DNA from: Camelus dromedarius | Taxonomy: Eukaryota | DNA length: 64,000 nucleotides | Direction: 5' to 3' | Assembly: GCF_036321535.1 (NCBI RefSeq) | Contig: NC_087444.1 | Coordinates: 65,224,001-65,288,000 of the forward strand | Part shown: positions 58,596 through 64,000 of the stretch, piece after piece | How positions within the stretch are numbered: the stretch's first letter is position 1 | Layout of the letters: each line of letters begins with the position of its first letter | Translations under genes and position numbers: made by a program | Notes under the pieces: model-generated | The model's database searches: none | Told to the model about the DNA's origin: nothing | Seen by the model: the letters and a program-made list of their open reading frames with translations, nothing else

Positions 58596-59447
58596 CTGTG
58601 GGCTCCAGATTCAGTCAGCTTCTGGCCAGGGATCAGCTAGGGGTTCTCATGAGGGCAGGAGGAAGTGATGGACTAGGTCTCTGGGGACAATAAAGACAGA
58701 CTGGTGGGGAGTCCTGGGGGACAGTCTGAGAAAGGAAGGTGATTCAGGAGGGGTCTTATTTGGAGAGAAACGTCTGAATGAGAAAAAAAGGTGGGCTCTG
58801 AGAGAGCTACAAGGTCAGGGATCTAAGGGAGTCTGAGAATGAAGAGGATCTAAGGAAATCTGAGGGCTAGGTGCTCTATCTGGGAGATGGGGTCTGTGTA
58901 AGGGCTAAAGGGACAGGATTTGGGCCAAGGAAAGGAGTCTGAGGCCTTAGGAAGAGGGTCTGAAGACTACCTAGTGGCTGGAGGAAGAGGGGCCTGAGGG
59001 TTAGGACCAGAGAGGGTGTGGGGTCTACGGGCTGTGAGAGGGAAGTGTCCAAGGGAGGACGACAGTCTGAGGGCAGGGTCTTCCGGCTGCTGCGGAAAGA
59101 GCCCGGGGGAGGGATCTGAGGGCAGTGGCTGGGGTCTGTGAGCTGGGAGAGGGTAGGAGGGTTGGGGGCGTGGGCTGAGGTTTAGGGAAGCATCTATGTG
59201 CTGCGGAGGGGTCTACGGGCTAGGAGAGGGGACAGAAGTAAGGAAGGGGTCTGAGGGCTGTACCTGTGGGCAGCAGAGAGGGCGAGCTGAATGTTGACAG
59301 GGCCTGATAAACACGTGGGTTCTGAGGGCCCAGGAGCCGAAGGAAGGGAGGAGTATGAGGGAGGAGGCGCCTGAAGGCGGGGTCTTCGCGCTGGGGAAGG
59401 GGTCTGGTGGAGAGCTGAGGGCCCAGTCCACACGGCTTTACACCTAC

Positions 59448-59640
59448 CGTTGGCCTCCTACAGTGATCACCACGTGACCACTACATGACGCCACGCACTA
59501 CTTCTGGCGGTTTGGGCGGGAATCCTTAGCGCATGCGCATCAGTGGTCACCTGCCACCTTTGCACTTGCGCAGTAACCTTTTTCCGTGAGCGCTGCTCTT
59601 CCGGTCTCGAGGTGATCCGGTAGAAGAGACAGCAACGTCC
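59448..59640 (-). promoter_or_regulatory. Putative promoter and non-coding first exon of the TEX14-like gene
   Basis: Small CpG cluster with GCGCATGCGCA (NRF1 consensus, 59529-59539), CACGTG (59471-59476), a GC box and CTTCCGG (ETS). Minus-strand donor ACG|GTAGGT after 59448 would splice to CACAG|ATG at 58595. Confidence 0.6.
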
Positions 59641-61071
59641 ACTGCAGAACTGTTGGCTGCACCCTGCATGTTACCACCTTCTTGTTTGGGATGGTGGGTC
59701 CTTCCTGATCCCTGTCCTTGGCGTCTTCCCACGCTCCTCACCCACCCACACGGGCTTTCTCTCCCTTTTTCCCTGCCCCAGGCTCTCTTCTTTGCCCCAC
59801 ATCTGTGGCCTCACAGTGCCCTGGACACCCCCCCTTGGATGTTCCCTGGGAGCCTCACACCCACCAGGTCCCACACGAGCCTTAGAATCTCCCCCAAACT
59901 GCATTTCCCCCCAGAACCCCATCTCAGAGTTGTCCCCACTGCCCCCTCTTTAAGCCAGAGCCCTGACCTTGCCCTGAATGTCTCCCTCAAATCCAGCCTG
60001 TCGGCTCCATGGCCCTTCCACTCAGCCTCCTGATTGTTCTTTCCACCAGCCCCCTCCTCCCTTCCCCACAGCCTGCCCAGCTCCACCCAGCTGCCAGGAT
60101 TCCCTACCGAAGCTTCCTCTGGGCTCTCACACAGAGAGCTCAGGGTCCATCCCCCACATGGCAGCCAGCGGACTCTTCCTAAAGTGCAACCTGACTCTGT
60201 CCCTCCTCCACTTCAAACTCTCCTGGCACCCCAGTGCCCTTGGGACAGAGTCCAGGCTCTGCAGTGTGGCATCTAAGACGACATCATCTGCCCCTGCTAC
60301 CCTCCATCCTTGTCTCCCCACTCCGCAGTCTGTTTTCTGCTTCTCTGTTTATACACATGCCCTTCCCTTTGAATGCTCTTTTCAGTATTCACTTGGTTCT
60401 TCTTATGAATTCTCTGGGAAGCCCTCTTGGTCACCAGGTGTCTCCTCTGGCCTCCCACAGCCTCCAGGCTTTCCCCAACATTGCCCTGATATTCCACGTG
60501 GGCTCCCCCCATCACAGCCCTGTCCACCCTGGCTGTCACCGTCTGAAAATGGGCCTGTCTCCCCCTACTGGACCAAGAGCCCTATGAGTCTGGGCCTGGG
60601 GTTGTCTTTACCTCTGCTGTGTCCTCAGCATTGTTCACCTTAAAAGGGGCTTCAGTAAATGCTTATTAAATAATAAAGTGGTTTGGCTCTTCTCTCTGTC
60701 CCTCCCTGGAGGTGTGACCTTAGCCTTGCCTCTTGACTTCAGTGCCTCAGTGTCTGCTCTTTAATAAACTATGCTCTTCACATGGAGTGAAAGAAGTTCT
60801 CACATCAGCCACTAACTGGCTGAACAGAGCTGACCACGGGCCCTTCTCAGGACAGGCTACCTCAGGGCTCAGGGGGAGGCTTCACTAGTCTTTGATTAAC
60901 ACCCTTGCCATCTTCTAGGGTCAGCTAAAGCTCTCTCTTGAGCTGCAGAGCCCCCTAGCTTGGGCTGGCCAAGGTGGAGGTTAGCCCTTCCCCACGAAGA
61001 TGGCTTCGGTGCAAGACAGCCCCCTGGGCAGCAACTCAGGACCTTTATTGACCATGTGATCCCTGGGGGTG

Positions 61072-62793
61072 CTAATGGGATGCCCTCAGGCCCCGCCCCA
61101 GCAGCCTCCGCCGAAGTTCTTGGCTGAGCAGCTCCTGTTCCCTGCGGGCACCCTGCAGCACACTTCGGTTCTCCTGGGCCCTCCGGATCAGGTAAGGGAT
61201 CACCTCCTCCAGGGAGCCATAGGGGATGGACTTGTACACGGCATAGCCGGCCTGCCCTGGAGGGAGAGTATTGGCAGGGTGAGGGCTCATGTTTGAGGAG
61301 AGGCGCCCCCAGGCCCTACATGGAACAAAGACTTCCATTTCTGAGAAAATGGCAGACTAGATGTATTGGACAAAATTTCCCACTGAAAAAAAACTAAAAA
61401 TCTTGGAGTAGACATTTTTAAAAATCTTCTCCAAGTTATTAAAATGCTGCCAAGTGAATAAGGAATTTACTAATCCAAGAATTAAGAGAAAATGGGGACC
61501 GAGAGAAGGAAGGGATACACTAGAGTCATTTCTACCCTGAAGATAAAATTGAGCTGCTATTCGATGACTTCAAAGTTGAGGGGGTACAGGAATGAAGGCC
61601 CAAAGCCTGACCAGAGTGAGAATTATAAAGGAGAATTTCCCCAAATTAAGTTGGAACCCAAACATCAAGACCTTCAGAGTAAGAGTTAACAAGAAGTCAA
61701 CACTCCCACCTTCCCCTACTCCCAGAGAATGGCCTTGACCGTAAGTAGAGCAAGGAAGAAAACAGAAAAATCCATCTCTGAGAGCCTGTGGCCATGGGTT
61801 AGTCCCCTAACACATTTGCAGCCCAAATTTGCATCTCTGGGGTGTCTCAAGAAACCTCAAGCAGTGAATTTAGGGTGCAATGGTTTTGTACCCCTTAGCA
61901 CCTGGCAGAAGGAAACATACATCTTCTGGTCTCAGGCCCCGAGGAGCAAGATAGTAAAGATCTCACAGGAAACAAGATACCATGACCAAAGACCGACAAA
62001 AACAACAAACTGCAGACACAGAGATACAGGCCTGCAAGGCCTTCAGATATGGGACAGATCTATCTGGAAGGGTCTGGCAGCTGGGCCGGCTGCAGTCTCT
62101 GCATGGGAGCCTGGCCAGGCGTTGTCTGGGAATGGGAGAGAGGGTCTGGCTGGGAGAGAGTGAGGCCTGGGGCTGGGGGTGGGGGTGGGGGGGATGGATC
62201 ATTCACATACCTAGTGCCAAGGAGACGTGGTCACACATCCCCAGAAGTTGTCCAAAACAAACGGGCCCATCCAGAGGAATGCCAAGCTCCCATATGCTAC
62301 AGAAAAAGCCACATCATCAATCCAGACAGTGACCGGATCTGGAGCTGGAAATCAGCCACTTTGTACTCACATGGCTGTTCCAGGCATTCAAATACTGACA
62401 TACTTCCAAACTCACTGATAATAACCACTGCCCTGGGCCCCCTGAAAGCTCCCCAGTGAGTCTCAGCTCCCTCCCTGGAAGCCTCAGACCTCCCAGGCCC
62501 CAGCAAATAAGGAGAAATGCCTTGTTCAGCTGGGGCCTATGGGACCTACAGGTGTAGCAGGGGTTAAGTAATTTGAATATTCTCCCAAGGTCCCCTTTGA
62601 ACCTACCGGCCCACACTGCTCCTCCCTTTGTTCCACGTCCACTACGCTTTGGGCACCTATTTCCCATTCCCCCACTTCATACCGCTTGGTTGCCTGGCGA
62701 ACAGATTCCTCATTGTGGGAGGCCACCATGAGGTGGCACGTGGGGCCACGATGGGACACATGGGTCAGCATCAGCTCCAGACAGCGGCTGTAA
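61072..62793 (-). CDS. PRODH2: Hydroxyproline dehydrogenase (proline dehydrogenase 2), last three exons; 5' part outside the window
   Basis: Exons 62793-62683, 62296-62211, 61256-61072. YSRCLELML...HLMVASHNEES, VCFGQLLGMCDHVS, VYKSIPYGSLEEVIPYLIRRAQEN. Minus-strand AATAAA at 61049-61044. Confidence 0.95.
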
Positions 62794-62979
62794 CTGGAGG
62801 GAGATGTTCCATTCAGCTTATAGCACCTGGCACGTGAGGGTTAGGCACCAAGGACCAGGAGTTTCTGTCCTTGGGAAGTGGGGTGCCTAAGAGCAGGGAC
62901 CCTAGAGTCAGGAAGTGCTGGCACCCCACCTTCCTCAGCTGTGAGGGACATCCCCCCTCTGGGCCTTTTTCTTCTCTCT

Positions 62980-63471
62980 CTTTTTTTTTTTAACTTTTTA
63001 AAAAATTGAAATATATTCAATTTACAATGTTATGTCAGTTTCTGGTGTACAGCATAATGTTTCAGTCATACATATACATACATATATTTCTTTTCATATT
63101 CTTTTTCATTATAGGTTACAACAGGATACTGAATATAGTTCCCTGTGCTATACAGTAGAAACTTGTTGTTTATCTATTTTATATATAGTAGTTAGTATCT
63201 GCAAATCTCGAACTCCCAATTTACCCCTTCCCACCTCCTTTCCCAGCTGATAACCGTAAGTTTGTTTTCTATACGTGGAGAACTACAAAACATTGATTAA
63301 GGAAAGTAAAGATGATTTAAAGAAATGGAAAGATATCCCACGCTCTTGGATCGGAAGAATTAAGAGTGTTAACATGGCCATATTATCCAAAGCAATCTAC
63401 AGATTTCATGTGATCCCTATCAAGTTACCCAGGACATTTTTCATAGGACTAGAACAAATAACCCTATAATG
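62980..63471 (-). mobile_element. 5'-inverted LINE-1 insertion in a PRODH2 intron
   Basis: Poly-T plus L1 3'UTR on the minus strand (about 62980-63276) is joined to a plus-strand ORF2 piece [27 protein letters not shown]...LEQ (63278-63470). TTTCTTCTCT occurs on both flanks. Confidence 0.8.
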
Positions 63472-64000
63472 TTTCTTCTCTTTAACAGCGCAAGTTCATC
63501 TAACAGTGTTGTTGTGAGGATGGAGTGAGATGAGAGTGGACAGATAGCCTTTGGCACCAGTCTCACAGCAAAGGGCCCCATCACTCGGGATGACGTTTAC
63601 CTGAGGTCATTCACTGCAGCATTGTCTACAGAACAGGGTTGGCAACAACCCAGATGACTGACAGTGGGGGACTGGCTAAACGAACACCCAGAGGATAGTG
63701 GCGTGCACGCAGCTGTAAAGGAACAAGGGCACTCGGGACACTGATGTGGAAACATAGAAAGACCGGCAAAGGCTTTCTGAGCTTGCTGTAGGCCAGGTGC
63801 CACCTCCAGACTTCACGTACTGCACTGGTTCCTTCCACTGCCCTCGAGATGGGTGCTCCGCCTGTCTCTGCCCCTGAGGAAGCTGGCTTTTATGTCCTGC
63901 ATCACCGCATCACCCATGGAGTCATGGCAGGAGATCAGGAGGTGGGAGGCGAGAGAACTCGAGTATTTCACCCCTAAGCCCCCTCCCTGGCCCACCCTCA

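Noticed and set aside
61492-62163. Plus-strand ORFs in the last PRODH2 intron
   Set aside because: Degraded old LINE-like sequence and antisense overlap; no coherent reading frame.

Overview
Gene-dense mammalian DNA, syntenic with human 19q13.12. It is probably from a camelid: it carries young tRNA-Ala-derived SINEs and I saw no ruminant, pig or primate SINEs. Gene order is KMT2B 3' half (+), IGFLR1 (-), U2AF1L4 (-), PSENEN (+), LIN37 (+), HSPB6 (-), PROSER3 (+), ARHGAP33 (+), an unnamed gene (-), and the last three exons of PRODH2 (-). I built all exon models by hand from GT-AG sites and phase continuity. Comparisons with human proteins are from memory, not from a search. The main result is the unnamed minus-strand gene between ARHGAP33 and PRODH2 (CDS 58595 to 51975, 16 coding exons, about 800 codons). 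It encodes an ankyrin-repeat plus pseudokinase paralogue of the germ-cell intercellular-bridge protein TEX14 and shares TEX14 intron positions and phases. It lacks the CEP55-binding GPPxxxY motif, has a germline-type promoter, and carries one in-frame TGA in a late exon. PROSER3 also has a premature stop in its last exon. Eight N-runs hide some sequence, including KMT2B coding sequence.
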